Shown: in pieces, positions 45,847 to 55,456 of the stretch
How positions within the stretch are numbered: the stretch's first letter is position 1
Layout of the letters: each line of letters starts with the position of its first letter
Origin: Candidatus Cloacimonadota bacterium
GTDB taxonomy: Bacteria > Cloacimonadota > Cloacimonadia > Cloacimonadales > Cloacimonadaceae
DNA length: 64,000 bases
Assembly (NCBI GenBank): GCA_028706475.1
Contig: JAQWBI010000002.1
Span: forward strand, 19,123 to 83,122
Reading direction: 5' to 3'
Program-made: the position numbers and the translations under genes
Notes under the pieces: generated by a model
Told to the model about the DNA's origin: nothing
What the model saw: the letters and a program-made list of their open reading frames with translations, nothing else
The model's database searches: none

Positions 45847-46905
45847 ATGAAAACTGGCGGATGCCGCTATGGAACCCATCGTGTAATCGAACCCAAGGGT
45901 GTGTTGCCTCAGCCTGCCCGCGTTCTCAATAACGACATGAATGAGATTTGGGACAACGAATTGAAAATTGACGTTATCAGACTGAATGTGGACAGTGCTT
46001 CGTTTCACCAGATCAAGAACAAGCTCCAGGCTCAAGGACACACCGATCTGGAAAAAGCTTTTGCGGATCATGCAATTGACCTTACAAACCGCACAGGAAA
46101 GCATAAGAACGAAGATACAGGCAGCGGTGGCATGCTGATCGGCAGAGTGGCGGAAATTGGTCCCAAATTCGAGATGAAAGATAATATCAAAGTAGGGGAC
46201 AAGATCGCCAGTCTGGTGTCTCTCTCACTTACTCCGCTCAAGATCAATAAAGTAAAAAAAGTACTCCTGGATAAAGACCAGGTGGAGATCGAAGGTCAAG
46301 CCGTCCTTTTCAGTAGCGGTATCTATGCAAAGCTTCCGGATGATATGGACGAAAACCTCGCCCTCTCCGTATTGGACGTTGCCGGAGCACCTGCTCAGGT
46401 AGAGCGCCTCGTGAAGGCAGGCGACAATGTGGTGATCATCGGCGCAAACGGCAAGAGCGGAATACTCTGCAATGCCGTGGCGAGAGAACGCGTCGGAGTC
46501 TCCGGGAAGGTAATCGGAGTGGTACGCAATCAGAACTACATCCCCACATGCAAGGAAACCGGTTGCCATGAAGTAATCATCGCCAATGCCACAGACGCAA
46601 TCACCATTCAGAAAGAAGTATCCCGCTTCACCGACGGCAAGATGGCAGATGTGGTGATAAACGTTGTAAACATAGAAGATACAGAGCTTCCCACCATTAT
46701 GGCCGCCAGGGATAGAGGCCTGGTGTATTTCTTCTCCATGGCTACTTCTTTCACCAAAGCCGCATTGGGAGCCGAGGGTATTGGTGCGGATGTGGATATG
46801 ATACTGGGTAATGGCTACGCTCGCAATCACGCTATGGTCGCGTTGGATTTGCTACGCAGAAACCCGGTACTTTTGAAGCTGTTCAAAGAACGCTATACAG
46901 ATTGA
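45847..46905 (+). CDS. kdd: L-erythro-3,5-diaminohexanoate dehydrogenase
   Basis: 352 aa. The N-terminus GCRYGTHRVIEPKGVLPQPA...LNVDSASFHQI matches remembered Kdd sequences. GGAGG RBS. Directly upstream of kamA. Confidence 0.85.
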   Translation: MKTGGCRYGTHRVIEPKGVLPQPARVLNNDMNEIWDNELKIDVIRLNVDSASFHQIKNKLQAQGHTDLEKAFADHAIDLTNRTGKHKNEDTGSGGMLIGRVAEIGPKFEMKDNIKVGDKIASLVSLSLTPLKINKVKKVLLDKDQVEIEGQAVLFSSGIYAKLPDDMDENLALSVLDVAGAPAQVERLVKAGDNVVIIGANGKSGILCNAVARERVGVSGKVIGVVRNQNYIPTCKETGCHEVIIANATDAITIQKEVSRFTDGKMADVVINVVNIEDTELPTIMAARDRGLVYFFSMATSFTKAALGAEGIGADVDMILGNGYARNHAMVALDLLRRNPVLLKLFKERYTD

Positions 46906-46919
46906 TCCAGGAGCATACA

Positions 46920-48164
46920 ATGAGCATAATAGACATCCGTTCAATCGCAACTGCCGAGCAGTGGAACGATTGGCATTGGCAGCTACAGAATCGCATCACT
47001 GATGTTTCTGAGCTGCGCAAATACATCACCTTGCTTCCGGAGGAAGAAGCGCTGTTTGCCAAGCAGGAGTTTTCCTTTCGCATGGCGATTACCCCCTATT
47101 ACCTGTCTCTGATAGATCACAGCAATCCCAATGATCCCGTGCGCATGCAGGCTATTCCCCGGGTTTACGAAAGCGAGATGAGCAGCTCAGACATGGCGGA
47201 TCCCCTGCACGAGGATGCGGATGCCCCCGTTCCGGGGATGACACACCGTTATCCGGATCGCGTACTGCTGTTGCTCACTGATCAGTGTGCGATGTATTGC
47301 CGCCACTGTACCCGTCGCAGAAAGGCTGGAGAGCACGATGCTCCCATGCCCGCAGAGAATGTGGATAAAGCCATCGAATACATCCGTGAACACAGGGAAA
47401 TCCGCGATGTAATCCTTTCCGGAGGCGATCCCCTCACCCTGGGCGATGAGCGTCTGGACTCCATTTTGGAGAAACTAAGTAAGATAGAGCATCTGGATAT
47501 CGTGAGATTGGGCACCAGAACTCCGGTTGTCCTGCCTCAACGGATCACGGATTCACTTCTTGCAGTGCTAAAGAAGTATCCCTTTGTGTGGCTGAACACC
47601 CATTTCAACCATCCTCAAGAGATTAGTGACATTGCAGCGAAAGGGCTTGCCCGCCTGGCTGAAGCTGGCTTGCCTTTGGGCAATCAATCCGTATTGCTGA
47701 AAGGCATCAACGACCATGTTGATGTGATGAAAGCCTTGGTTCACAAGCTTGTACGCAACCGCGTAAGACCTTATTACATATATCAATGTGACCTTTCTGA
47801 AGGCATCAGCCATTTCCGTACTCCGATTTCCCGAGGGATCGAGATCATGGAATCACTGCGTGGTCACACCAGCGGATTGTGCGTGCCTACCTTTGTGGTG
47901 GACGCTCCCGGTGGTGGCGGAAAGATACCTGTAATGCCAAATTACATCATATCCCAGATGCCTGGCAGGGTGATCCTGAGAAACTATGAAGGCTTTATTA
48001 CCAGTTACACAGAACCCGGTTTTGAAGTACTGGATACCGATAAATACCGGGATCTATGCCCGCGTGAACGCGAAAGCAGCGAAGGTGTGATGAGCTTGCT
48101 GAAAGGTAAGCATGTGTCGATAGGTCCTGCCGAGACGAAGCGGAATCAACGCCGTAAACACTAA
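46920..48164 (+). CDS. kamA: L-lysine 2,3-aminomutase (radical SAM)
   Basis: Start moved to the ATG at 46920 (GGAG RBS). CAMYCRHCTRRR radical-SAM cluster motif and a WNDWHWQLQNRI N-terminus typical of KamA. Confidence 0.95.
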   Translation: MSIIDIRSIATAEQWNDWHWQLQNRITDVSELRKYITLLPEEEALFAKQEFSFRMAITPYYLSLIDHSNPNDPVRMQAIPRVYESEMSSSDMADPLHEDADAPVPGMTHRYPDRVLLLLTDQCAMYCRHCTRRRKAGEHDAPMPAENVDKAIEYIREHREIRDVILSGGDPLTLGDERLDSILEKLSKIEHLDIVRLGTRTPVVLPQRITDSLLAVLKKYPFVWLNTHFNHPQEISDIAAKGLARLAEAGLPLGNQSVLLKGINDHVDVMKALVHKLVRNRVRPYYIYQCDLSEGISHFRTPISRGIEIMESLRGHTSGLCVPTFVVDAPGGGGKIPVMPNYIISQMPGRVILRNYEGFITSYTEPGFEVLDTDKYRDLCPRERESSEGVMSLLKGKHVSIGPAETKRNQRRKH

Positions 48165-48177
48165 TTCAAAGGCTGAT

Positions 48178-49173
48178 ATGAAGAAACTGATTTCCACCGG
48201 GGTTATAAAGAACATAGCCTTGGTGGGAATCAGCAAAAATGCCGGTAAAACCTCGCTATTGAACTCCCTTCTAAAAGAATTTCCCCTGCCAGACAGAGCT
48301 GTAATGAGTACCGGAATAGATGGTGAAAGTGAGGACAGAGTATTCAAGACTCCCAAACCGCAAGTCCATCTCTTCAAAGGGGATATCTTTTGTTGTGATG
48401 CAAACACTGTTACTCAACACGGAAGCTCAGTTAGCTTGCTTCATTCCTCTCAATACGCCGGGCGCAAGCTATATTTGGCCAGGGCTGAAGAGAGCCTGGC
48501 TACTCAGATCACAGGCCCATCGGCTCTCAGTCATCAACGTGTTATGATCGATACGATGCACCAGCTTGGGGCACACAAGGTCTTTATAGATGGTTCCCTG
48601 GATCGCAAATCCATCGCTCTGGACGACAGCATAGATGCCTTGATTCTGGCTATCGGAGCCAGCTTTGGATCTACAGAGCAGATTGTGACTGAGATACGCC
48701 GTCTATGTATCTTGCGGGATATCCCCACCGCGGAGCTTAGTGTATCCTGTTATAACAGATTGAAGGAGAGCGATGCCCTCATGATTCTGCGTAAAGCGCA
48801 ATGGCAGAGTACAGGCATCAAAAGTCTGATAGGCAACGAGAAGAAGGTGCTGGAGCTTTTGGAGCAGGAGCCCCGGGCTTTATATGTGCCCACATCGTTT
48901 ACAGATTCCCTTTATGAGAAGCTAGGCAGAACCTTGTCCAAGCCTGGTTTTGAGATGATTTTGCGCCATCCTGAATGCCTGAAACTCAATATTGCCAATC
49001 TGAGGGGATTGATGAAGCACACACAGACCAAGTGTCTGATATCTTTCAAGTTGGCAGCATTTGCACTGAATTCCACAGCTATCGGCAGTGATCCCATCTC
49101 AGCGGATCTCTTTCGGGAGGATATCCGCACGGCCTTCCCCCGGGAGCAGTTTTATGACATCATGGAGATATAG
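48178..49173 (+). CDS. uncharacterised P-loop protein coupled to kamA
   Basis: 331 aa. Walker-A-like VGISKNAGKTS at aa 16-26 (nt about 48223-48255). It starts 13 nt after the kamA stop and is followed with no gap by the CDF transporter gene. Confidence 0.55.
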   Translation: MKKLISTGVIKNIALVGISKNAGKTSLLNSLLKEFPLPDRAVMSTGIDGESEDRVFKTPKPQVHLFKGDIFCCDANTVTQHGSSVSLLHSSQYAGRKLYLARAEESLATQITGPSALSHQRVMIDTMHQLGAHKVFIDGSLDRKSIALDDSIDALILAIGASFGSTEQIVTEIRRLCILRDIPTAELSVSCYNRLKESDALMILRKAQWQSTGIKSLIGNEKKVLELLEQEPRALYVPTSFTDSLYEKLGRTLSKPGFEMILRHPECLKLNIANLRGLMKHTQTKCLISFKLAAFALNSTAIGSDPISADLFREDIRTAFPREQFYDIMEI

Positions 49174-50097
49174 ATGACACATGATCGAGACTTATTAACA
49201 TCACTTACAGTGAATTTGGGAATGTGCAGCAACATAGTACTGGCTATTCTCAAGACTGGAATCGGTATATTGGGGCACAGTCCCGCAGTTTTGGCAGACG
49301 GCATCAATTCCACTTCTGACTTTGTCTATTACATTGCGGTGAAGATCTTTATGAAACAGGCCCGGAAACCGGCAGATAAAGAGCACCCCTTTGGACACCG
49401 TCAGTTGGAATCCATCTCAGCCATAGTGGTGGGAGCCTTCATTCTCACTACAGGGATCACCATTTTTTGGGAGAGCATCAATAAGGTCTATGACCTCATC
49501 AGTGGTGTGGAAGCTGGTAGATCAGCCTCAATATGGGCTTTGACGATAGCGATCGCTACTTTTATAGTCAAGCTGGGCCTCTATTTCTACACCCGGGGAA
49601 CTGCCAAAAAGACCAACAATCCTACTCTGAAGGCATTGGCCAATGATCATTTGAACGATATCATGGCTTCCGTTGCGGTTATTGTCGGCGTAGTGTTGGG
49701 CAGAATGGGTTACTACTGGATGGATCCTGCAGCTGGAGCGGTTGTAGCAATCTACATCATCAAGACCGGAGTGGAGATAATTATGGATTCATCCACAGAG
49801 TTGATGGATCACATTCCGGATGATGGATTTGGTAGGGAGTTGCGTGATGTGACCCTATTGGTTGAGGGAGTAAAAGGTATTGACGACATGGGCTTACACC
49901 GTTTTGGACCGTATTATACCATTAGCATGACCATCAGCGTTTCCGGTGATATCTCCATCGATGAAGGGCACAGAATCTCCAATGAAGTGGAAAAAGCACT
50001 TTTGAAACACTTTAACAACGGTCTGCGCCAAGTACACATCCATTATCATCCCTATGAGGTGAACAATCCCAATCCCCAAGGAGTATCCAGCATATGA
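49174..50097 (+). CDS. cation diffusion facilitator (CDF) family metal efflux transporter
   Basis: 307 aa, 6 TM helices, with H/D metal-site motifs (ADGINSTSD, NDHLND) and a C-terminal cytoplasmic domain. Confidence 0.85.
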   Translation: MTHDRDLLTSLTVNLGMCSNIVLAILKTGIGILGHSPAVLADGINSTSDFVYYIAVKIFMKQARKPADKEHPFGHRQLESISAIVVGAFILTTGITIFWESINKVYDLISGVEAGRSASIWALTIAIATFIVKLGLYFYTRGTAKKTNNPTLKALANDHLNDIMASVAVIVGVVLGRMGYYWMDPAAGAVVAIYIIKTGVEIIMDSSTELMDHIPDDGFGRELRDVTLLVEGVKGIDDMGLHRFGPYYTISMTISVSGDISIDEGHRISNEVEKALLKHFNNGLRQVHIHYHPYEVNNPNPQGVSSI

Positions 50098-51323
50098 GTC
50101 TTGGAAAGCATATTCTCTTGACCCTTATCCTGTTGTTATTGGTTATATTCAGTCTCTCGTCCCTGCTCAGGTTACCCGTATCCGGCAGTAATGGCGATTT
50201 AGTTGATCCGGCAGCAGTTGTGGATCCTTGGATCACACAGACCATTCCTGAAGGCGGCTCGATATTTTCTGTATTGGGAAATCTGGATCTCCCCGGTACT
50301 GAGATCGGTATGGTGTCCTACCGATTTGGTGATTTCATAGATGTTACTACTATCCAGCCCGGAGACACTCTCCGCGTGATCCTCAATGAAGAGGGCAACA
50401 GGATTACCAAAATGATGTTTGTGCAAGAACCCACTATTCGGCATCACTTTGAAGCGAGCGGAGACTCCTTGCTTTACACCATGGAATCTTTACCCGTGCA
50501 AAAGCGCTTACGCATGATCGAAGGTGTGTTGGATACTACACTGGATGCGTCATTGCTGTCAATGGGCCTGTCCCCGATAGATAAACAGAACATCAATAAC
50601 GGCTTGGAAGGTGATATCGATTTTCAGCGCGATGCCCGCAAGGGAGATACTTTCCAGGTGTTTGTGGAAGAGCGGTTGTTTGAAGGCAAACCTCTGCCCC
50701 GGGCAAAAATCCTCTATGTGAAATACGACGGGAAACGTAGCGGAGCGCATGAACTCTTCCGTTATGAACAGGAGGATGAGAAATCCGTTCTCAACGGTCT
50801 GTACAACAAGGATGGTAAAAGCAACAATGCCAGTGGGGTAGGCTATCCGCTTGGCAGCATTCATATAGGTTCTACATATGGAAAGCGCCTGGATCCCTTT
50901 ACCGGCAGATGGGCAAACCACCAGGGTGTAGATTATCGTGCCCGCAGCGGTACCCCAGTATATGCTGTGGCAAATGGCACGGTTACCTCTGCCCGTTATA
51001 ACGGTGGTTATGGCAATGAAGTGCGCATAAAGCACTCCAGTGGCATGATCACGCTATATGCTCACCTTTCCTCCTACAGCGTACGAAGTGGACAGACAGT
51101 AAGACGCGGCCAGATTATCGGCAGAGTGGGCTCCACCGGCAAATCAACCGGTGCGCACCTGCATTTCGGCTTGATAAACGGTGGACGGTATATCAATCCC
51201 AGTCAACTGCGGATGGTGGGAGCAGAGCGTTTGAATAAAGCTCAGATGGCCGAGTTTGAAATTCAGAAAGAAAGTATCAGAGAGATGATACGGCAGTATC
51301 TGCATCCCAGTCTGCCCGCATAA
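50094..51323 (+). CDS. M23-family peptidoglycan metalloendopeptidase
   Basis: 409 aa. HQGVDY...GTPVYA...GSTGKSTGAHLHF motifs, with an N-terminal anchor. Confidence 0.85.
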   Translation: MSLGKHILLTLILLLLVIFSLSSLLRLPVSGSNGDLVDPAAVVDPWITQTIPEGGSIFSVLGNLDLPGTEIGMVSYRFGDFIDVTTIQPGDTLRVILNEEGNRITKMMFVQEPTIRHHFEASGDSLLYTMESLPVQKRLRMIEGVLDTTLDASLLSMGLSPIDKQNINNGLEGDIDFQRDARKGDTFQVFVEERLFEGKPLPRAKILYVKYDGKRSGAHELFRYEQEDEKSVLNGLYNKDGKSNNASGVGYPLGSIHIGSTYGKRLDPFTGRWANHQGVDYRARSGTPVYAVANGTVTSARYNGGYGNEVRIKHSSGMITLYAHLSSYSVRSGQTVRRGQIIGRVGSTGKSTGAHLHFGLINGGRYINPSQLRMVGAERLNKAQMAEFEIQKESIREMIRQYLHPSLPA

Positions 51324-51358
51324 AGAATGGTGTAGCATCTGTCTTTGGATAAGAATTT

Positions 51359-51388
51359 AGGCCCGATATTCACCGGGCCTTTAATTTG
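51359..51388. terminator. bidirectional hairpin terminator between convergent genes
   Basis: AGGCCCG (51359-51365) pairs with CGGGCCT (51374-51380). It is flanked by A/T-rich tracts on both sides. Confidence 0.55.
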
Positions 51389-51398
51389 TAAATGAAAC

Positions 51399-51932
51399 TT
51401 AGTTATTACTTTTCTTCTTCTGCAGGCTTTCGGGGATGATGTCTTCTTTGATCTCATCTCCGGGTTTCTCCCGCATGGCAAACAGTTCCGGGAAAAGTGA
51501 GTTGTAATATAGAGCGGTGAGACTGCCATCCGCAGCATACATCACGTGTAAAGTGCGGCTATCTGTAAGAAACCAGATTAATTGCTGGGTATCTTCATCG
51601 AAGTGATTGGTTTTACCATGCATTTGCGCAATGCGGCTGATGGCCAAATGATCGTTGTCTTCTCCGTTTTCAGAGTTGTATTTCACGAACCAACCCGCCA
51701 CTCGTTGGGTGTTTGGCTCCACAAACACCAGTATGGCCGATACATACAAGTTGAAATCGCTATAATATTTCACTGCGTCTTCTTCGCTTTCCTCTGGGAA
51801 AAACCCCAAGCGTCCCAAGGCTGCATCCGCCTCTTCCAGAGTCATATCATAAGCTACACCAAATAGCCCGGTTTGAGCATTCAAGCCTGCCATAATCAGC
51901 AGTCCGATTATTATGAATAGTATTTTCTTCAA
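51399..51932 (-). CDS. hypothetical secreted protein
   Basis: Likely TTG start at 51930-51932 (AAGGTGG RBS), giving the signal peptide MKKILFIIIGLLIMAGLNAQ. No family recognised. Confidence 0.5.
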   Translation of the reverse strand: MKKILFIIIGLLIMAGLNAQTGLFGVAYDMTLEEADAALGRLGFFPEESEEDAVKYYSDFNLYVSAILVFVEPNTQRVAGWFVKYNSENGEDNDHLAISRIAQMHGKTNHFDEDTQQLIWFLTDSRTLHVMYAADGSLTALYYNSLFPELFAMREKPGDEIKEDIIPESLQKKKSNN

Positions 51933-52039
51933 AGCATCCACCTTAAATACAAAATATCTAATTTCTGCCACTAAATCCCGGGGCAGAATAAAGTCAACTA
52001 TAAAAGCAAGGCGGTACAGTGCAGATTACTGTCCCAGCA

Positions 52040-54907
52040 TCACTTCATTAGCGTTATACGCCGGCTTATGCTTTTTCCTTCAGCTTTTATACGTAGCAGA
52101 TACACTCCGCTAGATAGGCCTGTTCCGTCGAAACTGATCTGATTCCGGCCTTTGGGATACATTCCTTGCGCCAGTGTTTCCACTTTTTGCCCCCGCAAAT
52201 TGTAGAGGCATAGCTCTATATCCATCGCCCGCGACAGATCAAAAGCTATCTCGGCACTAGGATTGAAGGGATTGGGGTATGTCGTCAGATTCATAGTTAC
52301 CAGACTGGCAATCTGATCTTCGGTAGCGCTGCCAACGAATTCCATTGCCAATTGCTGCAGAAGTGTGCGAACTCCTTCTTCTTGCATGAAATACAGGGGA
52401 AAACCAAAGAAGACGAGATTACCTGTTTCAAAAGCAATGCTCTTATCTATTCCCACGCTACCTGGAGCGAAATTACCGCTGTACATTTCCGTAAAGTCGC
52501 CTTCAAATGAATAGATCATGGGTAGCATCCCATTCCATATTCCCACCAATTTGGCGGGATCAACATACAGATGGGGATATTCATTGCTTTCAGCGCTGAT
52601 CAAACAGGCAGGATTATCGTAATACAGCTCAATGGAAGGCACAAAACGCTGCCAGAAGACTTCGCTGAGCGCTGAAGGAGTTTTCCATCCGCTAAGGATC
52701 AGTTTTCCTCCGCCCAGCATATAACTGCTCAGAAGATCTTCCGCGACCCCAATCTGGTGCATTGGCATCTCGTCATCGTGCCACAATACTACCTTGTAAG
52801 AGCCCATTGTCTGCAGATCGGGCAGGTTTTGTTGCGCAAAATCCCAAGTATCGAACTCGAAGGGGTCCAACATGGCGGCATAAAAGTCATCCACCATAGC
52901 ATCGGTGGGACTATTGGGATTTCCATTGCCGTCTCTGGTTTCATCTATTATCAGGATATCGTTCACAAAACTGAATTCCACTGGATTTGCAGGGAGAACC
53001 GGAGACATCATGCTGGAGAAACCCTCTGCATCGATGGCTTTCAAGGCATATTCATAATGCTGTTGGTTCTCCACATCATCATCAACATAGCTCAAGTTCA
53101 GAATCGGGTCTGTGTTTACCTTGATCCAGTTTGTAGTATCCTCTAGGCGACGATATACATCATAGGATACTGCTCCGGGAAAATCATCCCAAACCAGATG
53201 AACGGCACCGGATGTTGCCAGACATGTATGCAGATCGGGAAGTTGGTTTACAATGCTGCGCATCAGAGTCCAGTTATTGTGGTTGGCACTTATCTCCAGC
53301 GGTTCTTCGATGCCTTGGAATAGATTAACATGGCCTTGTGGTGTAGCTAGAACTAAAAGCGAGTCTGAGCTGGAGGGGCCTGAAACAAGGAAAGGAATAT
53401 CCAGATTGAACTGTGTAGAGGTGGGGGAACTGCTGGTAGCAACGATCTTAAGTTCTTGCGTGGCGGGTTTCAGAAATACACCGTATTCCACTTGTGGAAT
53501 ACCGCTGCCAAATATCCATTGCTCAAAGAACTGATCAAGATCTTGTCCGCTGATGGTCTCAGCCATGGCCTTGAATTCTGCGGTAACTGCATTGCCATGT
53601 TTGAAACTTTCATAGTATGTTTGCAATAGCTCAAAAAAGTCCGCATCTCCCAGTTTCAGGCGCAGCATGTGTAACACACAAGCCGCTTTTTCGTAGGATG
53701 GGGGGGCAAAGTAGTTGCCGAAATCGGGATTATAAATGGTAGCGGGGCCGTTGCTATTCTCCCAATTCACATAGTAATTGTGAAAGTTGGTCAAAACATA
53801 ATCGCATGAGGCTTGCCAGCCATAGCGCTTATCTGTCCACAGTTGTTCGGAATAGGTGGCAAAACCTTCAGAAAGCCAGACATCGTTAAAATCCAGGAAG
53901 CTTACGGCATTACCGAACCACTGATGCGCCAATTCATGGGCGATGATTAATTCATAAGTCCCCTGCCCATCGACGATAAAGTTACCCAAAGTGGTCATGG
54001 TCTGATGTTCCATTGCAGAGAAAGTGCTTATACTCACTGTTGCATTGCCATACTTCTCAAAGGGATAATCTCCAAAAAGGATAGAAAAGTAGTCTATCAT
54101 ATCCGGCAGATTGGCGAAGTCAGATAAGGCATTGTTGTATTGGGCAGGATTCACGAAGTTCAGGATGGGTAGTTCGCCGTGCATGGCGCTTTGCTGGACT
54201 TCATCAAAATCTCCGCAAGTGATACAGGCCAAATATGTGGTCATGGGATTTTCTCCCCGCCAGGTAGTGGTAGAGGTGCCGTTGCCATTATCTACAATAC
54301 TTTCCCGCAGCCCGTTTGCCGCCACCTTCCAGTCCGAGCGCATGGTAATGATAAGGTCAACCACTGCTTTATCCCAGGGATGATCGTAACAAGGCCACCA
54401 ATAACGCGCAGCATCGGGATCGGACACCGTAAATACCGAATTGGGGCGGAAGATCATACCCACATTGTATGGAGCTCCAGAGAGTTGAGGAGTGCCGGAA
54501 TAGTAAACTTTGGTAGTAAAGTTCTCACCGTCTTGAACGGAAAGCGGGATATGGACTATTCCCTGTTCGTGAGTATAGGGCACCACCACACCGTTCAGTT
54601 CCACAGAGTTTACTGATAAACCGACAAGATTGTAGCTTATGGCACTCAATGCAGATTCCGCTAAAACTTCCGCATGCACACTGCCGGAGATGAAATTCGG
54701 ACTCTGGGATATGCTCAGGTTAATGGTGTATTTTTGTACATCAAAGCCTGTTTCGCTGTCAGCTTTGGCAGTATAAAAGCGCTCCTGCGGGAAAAAGGGT
54801 TTTGTGTGCCGATATCTTTCGGTAGGGAAATGGGGATTGGCAATCAGCATTCCGCATATTGCCAACAGGATGATAATAATGTATATCTGTTTCACAGTGA
54901 ACTCCAA
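52040..54907 (-). CDS. M1-family aminopeptidase (aminopeptidase N-like) with extra domains and a T9SS-type C-terminal sorting domain
   Basis: 955 aa. GAMEH-type (FSAMEHQT) and HELAHQWFGN...E zinc motifs, a signal peptide, and a C-terminal YPNPFNPS...LYNLRGQKV...GVYLLRI CTD. Confidence 0.85.
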   Translation of the reverse strand: MEFTVKQIYIIIILLAICGMLIANPHFPTERYRHTKPFFPQERFYTAKADSETGFDVQKYTINLSISQSPNFISGSVHAEVLAESALSAISYNLVGLSVNSVELNGVVVPYTHEQGIVHIPLSVQDGENFTTKVYYSGTPQLSGAPYNVGMIFRPNSVFTVSDPDAARYWWPCYDHPWDKAVVDLIITMRSDWKVAANGLRESIVDNGNGTSTTTWRGENPMTTYLACITCGDFDEVQQSAMHGELPILNFVNPAQYNNALSDFANLPDMIDYFSILFGDYPFEKYGNATVSISTFSAMEHQTMTTLGNFIVDGQGTYELIIAHELAHQWFGNAVSFLDFNDVWLSEGFATYSEQLWTDKRYGWQASCDYVLTNFHNYYVNWENSNGPATIYNPDFGNYFAPPSYEKAACVLHMLRLKLGDADFFELLQTYYESFKHGNAVTAEFKAMAETISGQDLDQFFEQWIFGSGIPQVEYGVFLKPATQELKIVATSSSPTSTQFNLDIPFLVSGPSSSDSLLVLATPQGHVNLFQGIEEPLEISANHNNWTLMRSIVNQLPDLHTCLATSGAVHLVWDDFPGAVSYDVYRRLEDTTNWIKVNTDPILNLSYVDDDVENQQHYEYALKAIDAEGFSSMMSPVLPANPVEFSFVNDILIIDETRDGNGNPNSPTDAMVDDFYAAMLDPFEFDTWDFAQQNLPDLQTMGSYKVVLWHDDEMPMHQIGVAEDLLSSYMLGGGKLILSGWKTPSALSEVFWQRFVPSIELYYDNPACLISAESNEYPHLYVDPAKLVGIWNGMLPMIYSFEGDFTEMYSGNFAPGSVGIDKSIAFETGNLVFFGFPLYFMQEEGVRTLLQQLAMEFVGSATEDQIASLVTMNLTTYPNPFNPSAEIAFDLSRAMDIELCLYNLRGQKVETLAQGMYPKGRNQISFDGTGLSSGVYLLRIKAEGKSISRRITLMK

Positions 54908-55033
54908 AAGTAAGTATTTTCTACCTTGAATTTATGCATGATTTATTCCATTTATAGGAGATTAATCCTTTTGAGTAGTGTTATCATTAGCGCGGTAGAG
55001 CGCATATTCACACCTTGTGGATTATCTCATGTT

Positions 55034-55097
55034 GAACGGGATATAAAGTCGCTATCATCGAGTGGGCACTGGATGATAACCTGATAATATCCGCTTC
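55034..55097 (+). repeat. module A palindromic repeat, copy 4
   Basis: GAACGGGATATAAAGTCGCTATCATCGAGTG-GG-CACTGGATGATAACCTGATAATATCCGCTTC. Confidence 0.8.
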
Positions 55098-55200
55098 GCC
55101 ATAGCTGAACCTTGAGGTAGAGCATAGTCTTGAGGATTGTTGATGGTACACAGATCACGCAGATTGTTTTATTCATGGAATGTGTGGTCCTCTTCAAACC

Positions 55201-55311
55201 TTCGCTGTTGAACACTGTATCGTAGCATTCCGATGCTATGTCTTTTTTTCTGAGCTACGTATAGCTCTGCTTCGCTACGCACCCTCGCAATGATCTATTT
55301 CTCCCTCCGGG
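55201..55311 (-). repeat. module C, copy 2 (inverted relative to 41617-41703)
   Basis: The reverse complement reads CCCGGAGGGAGAAATAGATCATTGCGAGGGTGCGTAGCGAAGCAGAGC...ACAGCGAA. The roughly 47-nt core differs from the copy at 41617 by eight substitutions and a 1-nt indel. Confidence 0.75.
55221..55249 (+). terminator. intrinsic-terminator-like hairpin plus T7 tract with no upstream plus-strand ORF
   Basis: GTAGCAT-TCCG-ATGCTAT stem-loop (55222-55239), then TTTTTTT (55243-55249). Confidence 0.4.
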
Positions 55312-55456
55312 TTACTCTATTGTTCTCTGGATTTTGTTAACAGGAAATTTTGCCACATGCTAAATGCATATCGTACAGTATCGGAGGAAGAAGGGATCGA
55401 TAGCAGAAAAAAACAGGATGGATAGGGAAAAGGGGAAATGCCAGCGAAATTGAAAC

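Noticed and set aside
46225-46830. Long antisense ORFs inside well-supported genes: 46225-46830 opposite kdd, 26837-27349 opposite patatin, 58226-58807 opposite glyS, 43059-43607 opposite SNF2, 50559-51035 opposite M23, 37659-38204 opposite rlmD-like, 8540-9001, and 5707-6117.
   Set aside because: Each is the mirror frame of a gene with strong family motifs. They have odd composition (Cys/His/Arg-rich), no RBS and no recognisable domains.
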